Shown: piece after piece, positions 46,606 to 57,824 of the stretch
Layout: each line of letters starts with the position of its first letter
Numbering within the stretch: the stretch's first letter is position 1
Assembly: GCA_900319925.1 (NCBI GenBank)
Contig: ONQE01000026.1
Location: forward strand, 1-57,924
Source: an uncultured Bacteroidales bacterium
Lineage (GTDB): Bacteria; Bacteroidota; Bacteroidia; Bacteroidales; WCHB1-69
DNA length: 57,924 nt
Direction of reading: 5' to 3'
Notes under the pieces: model-generated
The model's input: the letters and a program-made list of their open reading frames with translations, nothing else
Database searches by the model: none
Told to the model about the DNA's origin: nothing
Position numbers and translations under genes: made by a program

Positions 46606-47751
46606 CTAATACAGGAAGCTCAGCAAGATACCTGCTGCAACTGCGCTGCCGATGACGCCGGCCACGTTCGGACCCATGGCGTGCATGAGCAGGAAGTTGG
46701 TGCGGTCGTACTTCTGACCCTCCACCAGGGAGACGCGCGCCGCATCGGGCACGGCGGAGACGCCGGCGTTGCCGATGAGCGGGTTGATTTTGTTGTCGCC
46801 CTTGAGGAAGAGGTTGAAGAACTTCACGAACAGCACGCCGGAAGCGGTGGCGATCACGAAGGAGAAGGCACCCAGCACGAAGATGAGCACGGAAGCCGGA
46901 CGCAGGAAGTTGGTGGCCTGCGTGGAGGCACCGACGGTGAGACCGATGAGGATGGTCACGATGTCGACCAACGGACCGGAGGCGGTGTTAGCCAAACGTT
47001 TGGTCACGCCGCTCTCTTTCAGCAGGTTGCCGAAGAAGAGCATACCCAACAATGGCAGACCCGTGGGCACGAGGAAGGCGGTGAGCAGGATACACATCAT
47101 CGGGAAGAGCACTTTCTCGCGATGGCTGACGGCGCGGGGCGGTCTCATGCGGATGAGACGCTCCTGCGGGGTGGTCAGCGCGCGCATGATCGGGGGTTGG
47201 ATCACCGGGACCAAAGCCATATAAGAGTAGGCCGACACGGCGATGGCACCCATCATGCTCGGGGCCAACTTCGAGGAGATGAAGATGGCGGTAGGACCGT
47301 CAGCACCGCCGATGATACCGATAGCACCGGCCTCCATCGGGGAGAAACCGAGCAGCAAGGCGGTGATGTAGGCGGCGAAGATACCGAACTGGGCGGCCGC
47401 GCCGATCAGAATCAGCTTCGGGTTGGAAATCAGGGCCGAGAAGTCCGTCATCGCCCCGATGCCGAGGAAGATCAACGGCGGATAGAAGCCTTTGACCACA
47501 CCGAAATAGAGGTAGTTGAGCACGGCGCCGTTCTCATAGACACCCACTTGAAGGCCGTCGGTGAACGGGATGTTGCCGATGATGATGCCGAACCCGATGG
47601 GCACGAGCAGCAGCGGCTCATATTCCTTGATAATTCCCAAAGCTATGAACACCAGGCCGATGCATATCATGATGATATGCCCCCAGGTGCAGTTTCCGAA
47701 GCCGGAATAGCTCAGGAATTGCAATAATCCTTCTTTGAAAAATTCTAACAT
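46606..47751 (-). CDS. mmdB: Na+-translocating decarboxylase beta subunit
   Basis: YEPLLLVPIGFG, IFLGIGAMTDF, GIIGGADGPTAIF, AYSYMALVP, HAMGPNVAGVIGSA. Confidence 0.93.
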   Translation of the reverse strand: MLEFFKEGLLQFLSYSGFGNCTWGHIIMICIGLVFIALGIIKEYEPLLLVPIGFGIIIGNIPFTDGLQVGVYENGAVLNYLYFGVVKGFYPPLIFLGIGAMTDFSALISNPKLILIGAAAQFGIFAAYITALLLGFSPMEAGAIGIIGGADGPTAIFISSKLAPSMMGAIAVSAYSYMALVPVIQPPIMRALTTPQERLIRMRPPRAVSHREKVLFPMMCILLTAFLVPTGLPLLGMLFFGNLLKESGVTKRLANTASGPLVDIVTILIGLTVGASTQATNFLRPASVLIFVLGAFSFVIATASGVLFVKFFNLFLKGDNKINPLIGNAGVSAVPDAARVSLVEGQKYDRTNFLLMHAMGPNVAGVIGSAVAAGILLSFLY

Positions 47752-47781
47752 AATCTCAATCTTTTATGATGATGAAATTCC

Positions 47782-48222
47782 TTATTCGAAAACCACGAGC
47801 ACCTGGCCTTCCATGACAGCGTCGCTCTTGCCGACCTTCACCTCTTTGATGACACCGTCGCGGTCCGCGTCGATGTTGTTCTCCATCTTCATGGCTTCGA
47901 GGAGGAGGAGGCGTTGGCCGACCTTCACGGCGTCGCCGGGGCGCACGAACACGTCGAGCACGGTGCCGGGCAGCGGGGATGTGAGGGTGCCGCCACCACC
48001 GGCGGGAGCGGCGGGAGCCACCTTCTGTGCCGGTGCTGCACCTTCAGCCTTGGGCGCGGGAGCCACTTTCACGACGGATTTCACCGTCTTGGGCTTCAGC
48101 TCCATGTCTAATTCCACTTTATAAGGCGTGCCGTTCACGGTCACGTCAATCATGTTGTCGTCTAATTCACCGACTTCAACGGCGTATTTATTTCCGTAAA
48201 TCTTAAAATTATAGGTTTTCAT
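47782..48222 (-). CDS. mmdC: Biotin carboxyl carrier protein (decarboxylase gamma subunit)
   Basis: Ala/Pro linker, SPLPG, EAMKMEN biotinylation motif. Confidence 0.92.
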   Translation of the reverse strand: MKTYNFKIYGNKYAVEVGELDDNMIDVTVNGTPYKVELDMELKPKTVKSVVKVAPAPKAEGAAPAQKVAPAAPAGGGGTLTSPLPGTVLDVFVRPGDAVKVGQRLLLLEAMKMENNIDADRDGVIKEVKVGKSDAVMEGQVLVVFE

Positions 48223-48246
48223 ATTCTTTATTTCTGATTTTGGTGA

Positions 48247-49230
48247 TTATCTTCTGGGATTTCTCTTCATAGTGAGTTCTTTTTGAGCCCATGGCGAATA
48301 GTGCTTGGAAGGCATGTTGATGGTGATGATTTCGCTCTCCTCGTCATGCATGCTGCCGAAATGGAGGTGCAGGGCCGTACCGATGGCGGCACAAGTCGGA
48401 CCGTCAACGATGTCGTCCTTCTCATCGCCAGCCTTTGCGGGCATCGCAGCGGCGGGCGTTGCAGCGGTCTTCGCTTTGGACTTTTGGGTGCTGCGGCGAC
48501 TCACATAGTTGAAAATCTTCAACATGATGTAGATCATGATGAGTGCCGTGAACACCACCGCCATGGAGATGATGGCCATGCCGATGCCGTAGGGGTCGTC
48601 GCGTTTGAGCTTGTCCTGTTTGGAGATTTTCGCGCCCGTCTCGTTGGAGGATGCCGGCGTGAACTCACCTAAATAGTCGAGTTCGCCTTCTTGACGTTTG
48701 CCCTGCTTGAAGGCTTTCGGGTCGCGCACACCGTCCAGCAGGTAGCCGTAGGTGCGGGAGGTGTCACGCAGCTCCACGGGGTATTCCACCAAGTCGAGCA
48801 GCTCTTTGCCGTTGGAGCTGATGAGGGCGATGTAGTGGGTCTTCGACTTCTCGGGTGAGAAACTGGCGTGGTAGGGACCGTACAGCGGGGAGTCGTCCAG
48901 ATAGAAAATCAGGAAGCTGCGCTGGGGCATGTACATTTTCTGGTCCGTGGGGATGCGGTACCAGCGGGCCGGGACTTCGCCGCCCTTCTTGCCGGCGGCG
49001 GCCAGACCCGTCGTGTCATCGGTGAGATAACAGCCGGTGATGTTGACCGTGTTGTAGGCGGTGTTGAAGATCTCCACCCACGGCACGTGACGGCCATACT
49101 CGTCGGCATAGTTATCCACGTTCTTGATCATCATCTCGTTGAGGCGAAGGTCGTGCACCGACTGCCCGAAGGTGGCGGTGACGGCGAACAGCGCGACAAC
49201 GGTGAAGATATATTTGTAAATCGATTTCAT
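48247..49230 (-). CDS. Lamin-tail-domain + OadG-family (delta-like) subunit
   Basis: LRLNEMM..WVEIFN..GCYLTD (LTD); TM MAVVFTALIMIY; AAIGTALHLH..HDEES..SPW (OadG). Confidence 0.85.
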   Translation of the reverse strand: MKSIYKYIFTVVALFAVTATFGQSVHDLRLNEMMIKNVDNYADEYGRHVPWVEIFNTAYNTVNITGCYLTDDTTGLAAAGKKGGEVPARWYRIPTDQKMYMPQRSFLIFYLDDSPLYGPYHASFSPEKSKTHYIALISSNGKELLDLVEYPVELRDTSRTYGYLLDGVRDPKAFKQGKRQEGELDYLGEFTPASSNETGAKISKQDKLKRDDPYGIGMAIISMAVVFTALIMIYIMLKIFNYVSRRSTQKSKAKTAATPAAAMPAKAGDEKDDIVDGPTCAAIGTALHLHFGSMHDEESEIITINMPSKHYSPWAQKELTMKRNPRR

Positions 49231-49257
49231 AAATCTCTGAATTTTAGTTTTTATATT

Positions 49258-49285
49258 GTAGAGACGCGCCAGGGCACGACTCTAC
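49258..49285. repeat. GTAG-type REP-like palindrome
   Basis: gtagagacgcgcc-ag-ggcacgactctac, followed by a second hairpin cgacgctt-gg-aagcgtcg. Confidence 0.7.
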
Positions 49286-49319
49286 GGTTCGTTGCGACGC
49301 TTGGAAGCGTCGGCTCCTT

Positions 49320-50879
49320 TTACAACGGCAGGTTGTCGTGCTTCTTGGCCGGGTTCTCCAGACGTTTGTTACGCAGTGACTCGAGGGCGCGGATCACGCG
49401 GAAGCGAGTGTTACGCGGCTCGATGACGTCGTCGATGTAGCCGTATTGGGCAGCCACATACGGGTTGGAGAATTTCTGGCGGTATTCTTCGACCTTCTCG
49501 TCGAGGAATTTCTGACGCTCGCCGGCATCCTCGATTTTCTTCATCTGGGAGCCGTAGAGGATCTCCGCTGCGCCGCTGCCGCCCATGACGGCGATCTCGG
49601 CGGTCGGCCATGCGTAGTTCACATCGCCGCGCAGATGCTTGGAGCTCATCACGCAGTAGGCGCCGCCGTAGTCCTTGCGCAGGATGACGGTGACCTTCGG
49701 CACGGTGCACTCGCCGTAAGCGTAGAGCAGCTTCGCGCCGTGCAGGATGATGCCGCCGTACTCTTGGCCGGTGCCGGGCAGGAAGCCGGGAACATCGACC
49801 AACGTCACGATCGGGATGTTGAAGGCGTCGCAGAAACGGACGAAGCGGGCGCCCTTGCGGGAGGCGTTGATGTCGAGCACGCCGGCCATGCACTTGGGCT
49901 GGTTGGCCACGATACCCACACTCATGCCGTTGAAGCGGGCGAAACCGACGACGATGTTCTGGGCGTAGGTGGCGTGCACCTCCAAGAACTTGCCGTCATC
50001 GACGATGCCGCCGATCACGTCCTTCACATCGTAAGGATGGTTCGGGTTGTCGGGGATGATGGAGTTGAGGCTGTCCTCCAGACGGTTGATGGGATCCTCC
50101 GTGGGCTCGTACGGGGGCTCCTCCATATTGTTGGAGGGCAGGTAGCCGATGAGGTCGCGCAGCAGGGCGATACCGGTCTCCTCGTCCGAGACGGAGAACT
50201 GGGCCACGCCGGACTTGGTGGAGTGCACCGTCGCACCGCCGAGGGTCTCGGTGGTCACGTCCTCGCCGGTGACAGTCTTCACGACCTTCGGGCCGGTGAC
50301 GAACATATAGCTAGAGTTTTGGGCCATCATGATGAAGTCGGTGAGGGCCGGGGAATAGACCGCGCCGCCGGCACAGGGACCGAAGATGGCGGAGATTTGC
50401 GGCACCACGCCGGAAGCGAGGATGTTGCGTTGGAAAATCTCGGCATAGCCGGCCAAGCTGTTGACGCCTTCCTGGATACGGGCTCCGCCGGAGTCATTGA
50501 AGCCGATGACGGGCGCGCCGACCTTCATGGCCTGGTCCATCACCTTGCAGATCTTCGCGGCGAAGGTTTCGGAAAGGGAACCGCCGAACACGGTGAAATC
50601 CTGGGAGAAAACATAGACCAGACGGCCGTTCACTGTGCCGTAGCCGGTCACCACACCGTCGGAGAGGAACTTGTCCTTCTCGATGCCGAAGTTCACGCAG
50701 CGGTGGGTTACGAACATGTCGAACTCCTCAAAGCTGCCCTCGTCGAGGAACATCAGGATGCGCTCGCGCGCGGAATATTTACCCTTGGCGTGCTGTTTGT
50801 CAATCTTGTCTTGACCGCCGCCTAAACGAGCCTTCTCTCTTAAGGACAAAAGCTCGTTGATCTTGTCTTGCATTGCCAT
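49320..50879 (-). CDS. mmdA: Methylmalonyl-CoA decarboxylase alpha subunit (carboxyltransferase)
   Basis: [55 protein letters not shown]; sits in the operon with the biotin carrier and beta subunit. Confidence 0.92.
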   Translation of the reverse strand: MAMQDKINELLSLREKARLGGGQDKIDKQHAKGKYSARERILMFLDEGSFEEFDMFVTHRCVNFGIEKDKFLSDGVVTGYGTVNGRLVYVFSQDFTVFGGSLSETFAAKICKVMDQAMKVGAPVIGFNDSGGARIQEGVNSLAGYAEIFQRNILASGVVPQISAIFGPCAGGAVYSPALTDFIMMAQNSSYMFVTGPKVVKTVTGEDVTTETLGGATVHSTKSGVAQFSVSDEETGIALLRDLIGYLPSNNMEEPPYEPTEDPINRLEDSLNSIIPDNPNHPYDVKDVIGGIVDDGKFLEVHATYAQNIVVGFARFNGMSVGIVANQPKCMAGVLDINASRKGARFVRFCDAFNIPIVTLVDVPGFLPGTGQEYGGIILHGAKLLYAYGECTVPKVTVILRKDYGGAYCVMSSKHLRGDVNYAWPTAEIAVMGGSGAAEILYGSQMKKIEDAGERQKFLDEKVEEYRQKFSNPYVAAQYGYIDDVIEPRNTRFRVIRALESLRNKRLENPAKKHDNLPL

Positions 50880-51011
50880 ATTTGACTGATATTTAATTTG
50901 TTATAAATTTATAATTACCCAAATTTCACACTATAATGAATTTGCGAAAGTACAATTTTTTTCAATGCAAAAATTGTGTACTTTTGCGCCCTTTTAAGAA
51001 AAAAACGTTTT

Positions 51012-52535
51012 ATGGAAAATAGGAAACCCAGAGTCAGATTCGCGCCGAGTCCCACGGGACCGCTGCACATCGGCGGCGTGCGCACCGCATTGTATAACTA
51101 CCTTTTCGCCAAGAAGCACGGCGGCACCTTCATGCTACGCATCGAGGACACCGACCAGACCCGCTTTGTGCCAGGTGCGGAGGAATACATCATCGAGGCG
51201 TTCCAGTGGTTGGGGCTGAAGTTCGACGAGGGCGTCGGCATCGGCGGAGAGTTCGGACCCTACAAACAGTCGGAGCGCAAGCCGATGTACAAACCCTACG
51301 CCGAGCAACTGGTGCGCGACGGTTGGGCTTACTATGCTTTCGATACGCCCGAGGCTTTGGATGCCAAACGCAAGGAGGCCGAGAGCCAGAAGAAGACGTT
51401 CCAGTACGATGCTTCCACCCGTATGTCGATGGTCAACTCATTGACCCTGAGTGCGGAGGAGACGAAAGCACGCTTGGAATCCGGCGAGCCTTTTGTGGTT
51501 CGCTTCAAATACCCCGAAAATACCGATATCCATGTCCACGACCTGATTCGCGGCGAGGTGGTGATCAATTCCAACCTCTTGGATGACAAGGTCCTGTACA
51601 AATCAGACGGAATGCCGACCTACCACTTGGCCAACATCGTGGATGACCACACCATGCAAATCACGCACGTGATCCGTGGTGAGGAGTGGCTGCCGTCGGC
51701 CCCGCTGCACGTGATGCTTTATAAGGCGTTCGGTTGGGAGGCCCCGCAGTTCGCCCACCTGCCGTTGCTGCTCAAACCCGACGGCAACGGCAAACTCAGC
51801 AAGCGCGATGGCGACCGTCTCGGATTCCCCGTTTTCCCGTTGGAGTGGCATGACCCCAAGAGCGGTGATGTCTCCTCGGGCTATCGCGAGAGCGGTTATC
51901 TGCCTGACGCGGTGGTGAATATGCTTGCACTTCTCGGGTGGAACCCCGGCACCGAGCAGGAAATCTTCACCCTCGACGAGATGGTGGATCTCTTCTCGTT
52001 GGAGAAAATCAGCAAGTCCGGCGCGAAGTTCTCCCTCGACAAAGCCAAGTGGTTCAACCACGAGTATATCCAGATGAAATCCGCGCAGGAGTTGCTGCCG
52101 TACTTTTCCAAAATCCTGAATGAGAAGGGTATTACATATACCGAGGATTATCTCCTGAAGGTCATTGACCTAATCAAGGATCGCCTCAACTTCATCCCTG
52201 ATTTTTGGGAGCAGGCTTGTTACTTCTTCGTGGCCCCCACGGAATACAGTGCCCAGGATCTGAAGAAGCGTTGGAAAGAGGGCACGGGCGAGAAGTTGCG
52301 TGTCATCCTCCAGATGCTGCAGCAGGATGAGGTTTTCGACCCGCAGACGGCGCAAGAGCGTGTGATTGACCACATCAAGGTCAACGAGTGGAACATGGGT
52401 GCGGTGCTCAACAGCTTGAGAATCGGACTTGTGGGTGCCGCCCGTGGCCCCGAGCTCTTCACCATGATCGGCCTTCTCGGCGTGGAGGAAACCCTCAAGC
52501 GCACCGAGGCGGTGATTGCCGCGGTGGAAAGCTGA
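51012..52535 (+). CDS. gltX: Glutamate--tRNA ligase
   Basis: [36 protein letters not shown]. Confidence 0.97.
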   Translation: MENRKPRVRFAPSPTGPLHIGGVRTALYNYLFAKKHGGTFMLRIEDTDQTRFVPGAEEYIIEAFQWLGLKFDEGVGIGGEFGPYKQSERKPMYKPYAEQLVRDGWAYYAFDTPEALDAKRKEAESQKKTFQYDASTRMSMVNSLTLSAEETKARLESGEPFVVRFKYPENTDIHVHDLIRGEVVINSNLLDDKVLYKSDGMPTYHLANIVDDHTMQITHVIRGEEWLPSAPLHVMLYKAFGWEAPQFAHLPLLLKPDGNGKLSKRDGDRLGFPVFPLEWHDPKSGDVSSGYRESGYLPDAVVNMLALLGWNPGTEQEIFTLDEMVDLFSLEKISKSGAKFSLDKAKWFNHEYIQMKSAQELLPYFSKILNEKGITYTEDYLLKVIDLIKDRLNFIPDFWEQACYFFVAPTEYSAQDLKKRWKEGTGEKLRVILQMLQQDEVFDPQTAQERVIDHIKVNEWNMGAVLNSLRIGLVGAARGPELFTMIGLLGVEETLKRTEAVIAAVES

Positions 52536-52610
52536 TAAGGATTATTGTCATTTTACCATCCCCAGGACTTTCTCCTTGGGGAGAATGGGATTCCAATCTT
52601 ACTAAGACAG

Positions 52611-52637
52611 GTCTCGGACGCGATGAATCGCGCCTAC
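52611..52637. repeat. Degenerate GTAG-type REP-like palindrome
   Basis: Minus strand gtaggcgcgattcatcgcgtccgagac. Confidence 0.5.
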
Positions 52638-52715
52638 CATGATTTGTGGGCTCATTGCCCCTGTGCTCCACAAGAACGTCCCCTCATGAAATGCTTTTTT
52701 GTTTGATGTTTGACA

Positions 52716-55205
52716 TCACCATTCCACCATCAGCTTCACATTGATTAGCCGGCCTGTGAGATAGGTCGGGATCGGGCGCTGGTAGTTATAGATGTCCGTC
52801 ACCCACATATAGGAAGAGACGTTATAGGTGCCTAACAGATTGAAGACTTCAACATAGATGCCTGCGTTTTTGATGCTCCGCAGGAAGGCCGATTTGTGCT
52901 TCATGCGGTCGCGGCTCTGTTCGAGGAGCATGAACGAGAGTCCCAAATCGACGCGGCGGTACCAGGGGGTGCGGAACTTTCGCATTGCGGGTTCGGCTTT
53001 CGGAGGTCCGTAGGGCAGTCCGCTGGCAAAGACGAAGTTTAAGTGCACGCGGAATTGCGGGAAACTCGGGATATGGTCTTGGAAGAAGAGGTTGAAGGCC
53101 ACCCGCTGGTCGGTGGGGCGCGGAATGTAACCCACCTCCACTTGGCTGCCGTCGGCGTCTGTCGTGTAGTCGCCGATCACATCCTCCATGGTGCTCATCA
53201 GTGAGACCGAGAACCACGATTCGAGGCCGCGCACGAACTCGCCGCTCAGGCGCAGATCCAATCCTGCGGCATAGCCCTTGGCGTTGTTCTCACCGTTGTA
53301 TATAATCTGCACATTGTCAACATTATAGGTGATTAGCCGGTCAAGGTATTTGTAATAGGCCTCAGCGGTGAACTTGAAGGGACGTCGCCACATCATGAAG
53401 CGGTATTCGCCGCCGGCAACCACCTGTGCCGACCGTTGCGAGCGGATGTCGGGGTTGAGTGTGCCGTCGGGGTAGCGCATCTCGCGGTAGAATGCGGGCT
53501 GGTAGTAAAGTCCTGTGCGAAGACTGAACCGCCAGTCCTGCCGCCAGCGAGGCTTGTAGAGGAAGGCCAACCTTGGCGACACGGTGAATTCTCTCTTGCT
53601 GTAAGTCCAATAGTGCATACGGAGACCGCCGGTCAGTGTGAAACGGTTCGCACTGTCGCTGTCGATCTTCCACGTGTCCTGCACGAAACCGGTGATTCGC
53701 CAGGTGTTCAGGGTGTTGTTGCTCACCAAGTAGTTGTTCTCTCCGAAATCGAGCAGGCGGGCGGGATCCCCCTGCACGACAATCTCGCCAGGCGTGGTTG
53801 GGATGTAAGGCAGCGTGTAGCCGGAGGAGTCAAGCATCGTCCACTCCTTGATATGGTCGCGGATGTATTCGTTCTGTGTCTTCACACCCCATTCGAGTTT
53901 GTTGCGGAACGGCAGGTTATGGGTGCCTTGGAGATCGGCTGCGCTCACCACGGAAGAGAGGTTGTTGCGGGCGTGTTCCAAGTAACTTCCGTATCCCATC
54001 AAGTCCCCGATTTCCACCTCGCCGTCGCCGCCAAATCGGATGTCATTGAGCCAATACTGCGCCAGAATGTCGTAGGTCTCGCTCTCTTTGGAGTAGTAGG
54101 ACGACAGAATCAATCGCAACTGGTTGTTATCATTGTGCTTGTAGAGGAATGTCAGACCACCGAGATAGTTCTGGTAGCGATCCACCTCCTGCCCTTCGTA
54201 GAAGGCGCGCAGTTTCATTGCCTGGTCAACGGAACCGAAGTTCTTGTTCACACTGTCGGGCTGGAAGAGGTAGTAGTTGCGCGACAGGTTCCCCAAGAGG
54301 CTGATGGAGAGCTTGGGGTGGACATCCCATTTGAGCAGAAACTGCGTGTCGAAGAAACGGGGTTTGTAATTGCCGGACGTTTCCAACGATTTGAGCAGGT
54401 AGGCGTTGGATTTGAAGCGCAATCCGACGAGGAAGGAGAAGTTGCCGACCTTGCCCTCGGCATGAGCGGTGGCGCCGAGCAGGCTGGCGGAGACGGAACC
54501 GCCGAATTGAGTGGGCTCCTTGTAAACGACGTCGAGCACGGATGACATCTTGTCGCCGTATTTCGCATCGAAGCCACCGGCCGAGAAGGTGACATTGCCG
54601 GTGAGGTCGCTGTTAATGAAGCTCATGCCTTCCTGTTGTGCATTGCGCACGAGGAATGGGCGGTAGATTTGGATGCCATTCACGAAGACCAGGTTCTCGT
54701 CGAAATTGCCCCCGCGCACGTTGTATTGGGAACTGAGTTCGTTGTTTGAGGCGGTGCCGGGCAGCATCTTGATGAGCGATTCCATTCCGCCGGTGGGGGA
54801 GGGGAGTTGGAAGGAGAGCTTGGGGTTCACCTGCACGTAGCCCGACGTGGTGGCTCCCACGATTTGCACGGCCTCCAGCCGCTCGCCGTTGGTGTGCAGT
54901 ACGATGTTCAGGGTGCGCGTCTCCTTTGAGTTGAGGCGGAGGTCGATGAGGGTGTCGTGATGGCTCAGGTGTTGGACGAAGAGACGGATGTCGCGGCCGG
55001 AGGGAACGGCGATGTTGTACTGTCCATGCTCGTTGGTGATGGTTTGCCGGTCGAAGTCTATGCCTCGGATAACCGCATTCTCAATGGGGTCGCCGAACTC
55101 GTCGGTGACCACACCTTTCACTGTCGCGTTCTGTGCAAAGCCTGCCAACGCGGTCACGATGAAGGCGAGGATGATCAGTATCCTGTGTTTCAAAATTTCG
55201 AACAT
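52716..55205 (-). CDS. TonB-dependent receptor (CarboxypepD_reg + plug + barrel)
   Basis: ELSSQYNVRGGNFDENLVFVNG, FSAGGFDAKYGDKMSSVLD, C-terminal aromatic residue (MVEW). Confidence 0.92.
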   Translation of the reverse strand: MFEILKHRILIILAFIVTALAGFAQNATVKGVVTDEFGDPIENAVIRGIDFDRQTITNEHGQYNIAVPSGRDIRLFVQHLSHHDTLIDLRLNSKETRTLNIVLHTNGERLEAVQIVGATTSGYVQVNPKLSFQLPSPTGGMESLIKMLPGTASNNELSSQYNVRGGNFDENLVFVNGIQIYRPFLVRNAQQEGMSFINSDLTGNVTFSAGGFDAKYGDKMSSVLDVVYKEPTQFGGSVSASLLGATAHAEGKVGNFSFLVGLRFKSNAYLLKSLETSGNYKPRFFDTQFLLKWDVHPKLSISLLGNLSRNYYLFQPDSVNKNFGSVDQAMKLRAFYEGQEVDRYQNYLGGLTFLYKHNDNNQLRLILSSYYSKESETYDILAQYWLNDIRFGGDGEVEIGDLMGYGSYLEHARNNLSSVVSAADLQGTHNLPFRNKLEWGVKTQNEYIRDHIKEWTMLDSSGYTLPYIPTTPGEIVVQGDPARLLDFGENNYLVSNNTLNTWRITGFVQDTWKIDSDSANRFTLTGGLRMHYWTYSKREFTVSPRLAFLYKPRWRQDWRFSLRTGLYYQPAFYREMRYPDGTLNPDIRSQRSAQVVAGGEYRFMMWRRPFKFTAEAYYKYLDRLITYNVDNVQIIYNGENNAKGYAAGLDLRLSGEFVRGLESWFSVSLMSTMEDVIGDYTTDADGSQVEVGYIPRPTDQRVAFNLFFQDHIPSFPQFRVHLNFVFASGLPYGPPKAEPAMRKFRTPWYRRVDLGLSFMLLEQSRDRMKHKSAFLRSIKNAGIYVEVFNLLGTYNVSSYMWVTDIYNYQRPIPTYLTGRLINVKLMVEW

Positions 55206-55249
55206 GGAACAAACACTACGAACAGACGTCCGTTTTATTGTACCTTAAC

Positions 55250-55288
55250 AAAAAAAAACTGCTGTGTGGAAACAGCAGTCCTTTTTTT
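55250..55288. terminator. Terminator downstream of rpmB
   Basis: aaaaaaaactgctgt-gtggaa-acagcagtccttttttt. Confidence 0.7.
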
Positions 55289-55314
55289 CACAATCTTATA
55301 TATATACAACATTA

Positions 55315-55548
55315 TTATAAGATGCCTTTTTCGCTGGCCTCAATCAGGCATTGGTAGATGCCTTTTTTGTTGATGTTGCGCATACCGTGTGCGGAGACCT
55401 TGAGGTAAATCCACTCGTCCAGTTCGGGAACATAGAACTTTTTGGTATGCAGATTGGGGTTGAATTTCCTTTTCGTGCGGATATTAGAGTGGGAGACATT
55501 GTTGCCCACAATCGCTTTTTTCCCTGTGATTTCGCAAACTCTTGACAT
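55315..55548 (-). CDS. rpmB: 50S ribosomal protein L28
   Basis: [27 protein letters not shown]. Confidence 0.97.
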   Translation of the reverse strand: MSRVCEITGKKAIVGNNVSHSNIRTKRKFNPNLHTKKFYVPELDEWIYLKVSAHGMRNINKKGIYQCLIEASEKGIL

Positions 55549-55680
55549 TGTTATCTTCTTTTAATTGTTATACTTGCACTTGATTTTTTCGAGCGGCAAA
55601 AATACACTTTTTTTTGATATAACCGACTGCGTTTTCTGAAAATATTTTTAACCGATTGTGTTAACAGAACAAGGCGTCGA

Positions 55681-57006
55681 TTAGTACGTCGAATACGAGA
55701 TTTCCAGTCTCAGTCTCGTCGGGGAGGCAGGGTCGGTGCCGTCGAAAATCAGGCGTTGCGGACGCACGGCCGAGCCACGCACGATGAGGTTGATGCTGTT
55801 TTCCCAATCGCCCTGACCGAGTATCAGCTGCTGCACATACTTGGTGATGCGGAAGCGATACTCTCGTGTTTTTTCGTTGTAAATGCCACCGTAATAGTTC
55901 GAGCTGGTGTAGTAGTCGTCGTCGGGAAGGAACCGGATGGCACCATTGGATTTGCCGATGCCCTGTATGGTGAGATTTGTGGGTGGGGTCAGGTAAACCT
56001 CGTGGGGGTCAACATTGGTGATGACCAACTCGGCGCGATGGATGGCCACACGTTGATTGTACTGGTCGAAAGCGTGCTCCAAGTAGGGGAATGTGATGCG
56101 GGTCTTGACGCCGCCGCCTCCCTGCACAAAGAGTTTGTCGGTTCCGACGGAAGTCTGATGCTGCAACACTTCGCTCACGAAATCGTTGTCTTGCGAGGCA
56201 TTGTAGTCGTGATTGAAATGGGAAAAACGCATGCAGCTTTCACTGCACACGAGTGTGTAGCGGAGGTTCTGTGTGCTGTCGTTGTGGTAGTAGATTGTCA
56301 CGCCGGACAGGGCGCTGGTCATGTTGGTCGAAAGCATGTAGCCGCGGTTTCCGGTGTGTGAGATCGCCTCGACATAAAGACCTTTCAGGTAGTCGCGCAA
56401 GTTGCTGTTGATTTCGCTTTGGTGATTGAGCAACTCTTGTCCGAAAGCCTGGGAAAGACGTACGCGCAAGTGGGCGTTGTAAACGCCGGTGTCCACAACG
56501 ACAGGTGTCTTGGGCTTCAAGGTGTAGCTTGTAAGCTGGTAGTTGATCGGTTGGGGGTCGTAACTGGCAGTACTGGTCTGGTAATAGTTGGCCTCGCGGT
56601 CCAGGTTCTCGGTGAGGCGATGCACGCGGATGCCCACTGCGGAGGTGGTGTCGCCGTAGTAACCGGAAATTTGCAAGGTGAGCACGGCGGAGTCGATGAC
56701 GGGATTCCCGCCGAAGTTAACGGCACTGCCGCTGATGGCAAGCTCTGTGTAGATGCCCGCGTCGCTGTTGCCGAACACAGGGTCGGCAAGGTGTCCGAGG
56801 ATCTGCGCCGACGATTTTGTGGTGTTGATAGTGTTCTCGAGAACCGACCACGCCTGCAGGGTTATGGTGTCGGTGAAATCGGTGCCCACCGTGTTGTCCA
56901 GCAGGTCGTAGCCAATGACGCTGTTCTCGTTTTTGCAGGAGGACAAAAAAATGCACGTTAGCAGGACTAATGTGCAATGAAGGATTCTTTTCATTCGGGA
57001 TGACAT
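55681..57006 (-). CDS. DUF4270-family lipoprotein
   Basis: Lipobox LSSC; LGHLADPVFG, IDSAVLTL..YYGDT, Y.FRIT.Y.Q, LRLEISYS; expected position next to glycogen synthase. Confidence 0.8.
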   Translation of the reverse strand: MSSRMKRILHCTLVLLTCIFLSSCKNENSVIGYDLLDNTVGTDFTDTITLQAWSVLENTINTTKSSAQILGHLADPVFGNSDAGIYTELAISGSAVNFGGNPVIDSAVLTLQISGYYGDTTSAVGIRVHRLTENLDREANYYQTSTASYDPQPINYQLTSYTLKPKTPVVVDTGVYNAHLRVRLSQAFGQELLNHQSEINSNLRDYLKGLYVEAISHTGNRGYMLSTNMTSALSGVTIYYHNDSTQNLRYTLVCSESCMRFSHFNHDYNASQDNDFVSEVLQHQTSVGTDKLFVQGGGGVKTRITFPYLEHAFDQYNQRVAIHRAELVITNVDPHEVYLTPPTNLTIQGIGKSNGAIRFLPDDDYYTSSNYYGGIYNEKTREYRFRITKYVQQLILGQGDWENSINLIVRGSAVRPQRLIFDGTDPASPTRLRLEISYSTY

Positions 57007-57824
57007 TATAAGACGTTCGCTTTTTCGAGAAGTTCATCATAGAACTCATCGTACATATCCACGTAGTTGTCGTCGTCGGGATGTTGGAGAACCGGTTTCC
57101 CGGATTTCTCGACGTAGGTGAGAAGTCTCTTCTTGATGTCCTTGGTGAGGGCGATGCCGTCGGAGTAGTCGATAGCGGCTTGGACGATTTGGTCGTAGCC
57201 CGGCTTGCGGAAATGCTTGAGCCCGGAGGTGGGTATATTGGTCTGTTTCAGCTTCTTGGCGAAGTTGGGGGAGAACTTGTCAGGGAATTCGTCGGGCAGG
57301 ATGGAATAGACCACTTGGGTGCCTTGGAGCAGCGGGTCGTCCTTATAAACAGTCTTGACGAACAGCGGCACGAGGGCGGAAATCCAGCCGTGACAGTGGA
57401 TGACGTTCGGATCCCATCCCAACTTCCTGACGGTCTCGATGACCCCCTTCGCATAGAAGATCGCCCGCGAGTCGTTGTCTGGGTAGAAGTTGCCCTCTGC
57501 GTCATGGTACTGCGTCTTGCGTTTGAAAAAGTCCTCGCTGTCGATGAAGTAGATCTGCATGCGGACGTTCTGCAATGACGCCACCTTGATGATGAGCGGA
57601 TGGTCAGTGTCCTCGATGATGATGTTCTGACCGGATAGCCGGATGACCTCGTGGAGCATGTGCTTGTGATCGTTCACGCAGCCGAATTTCGGCATGAAAG
57701 TGCGGATTTCGTTCTCTCGCTCCTGGATTCCTTGCGGCAGAAACCGACAGATATTGGCGATGTAACCCTCGGGAAAGTAGGGGTAAATCTCGGGTGTGAT
57801 GAATAAAACCTTCTTCTGAGCCAT
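57006..57824 (-). CDS. Glycogen/starch synthase catalytic-domain protein (Glyco_transf_5)
   Basis: KVLFITPEIYPY, EIRTFMPKFG, LHEVIRLSG, IYFIDSEDFF, VIHCHGW; start re-called at MAQKKV. Confidence 0.9.
   Translation of the reverse strand: MAQKKVLFITPEIYPYFPEGYIANICRFLPQGIQERENEIRTFMPKFGCVNDHKHMLHEVIRLSGQNIIIEDTDHPLIIKVASLQNVRMQIYFIDSEDFFKRKTQYHDAEGNFYPDNDSRAIFYAKGVIETVRKLGWDPNVIHCHGWISALVPLFVKTVYKDDPLLQGTQVVYSILPDEFPDKFSPNFAKKLKQTNIPTSGLKHFRKPGYDQIVQAAIDYSDGIALTKDIKKRLLTYVEKSGKPVLQHPDDDNYVDMYDEFYDELLEKANVL

Noticed and set aside
48247-49230. Lamin-tail/OadG fusion as a novelty
   Set aside because: To my knowledge this is the usual Bacteroidales arrangement in methylmalonyl-CoA decarboxylase operons.
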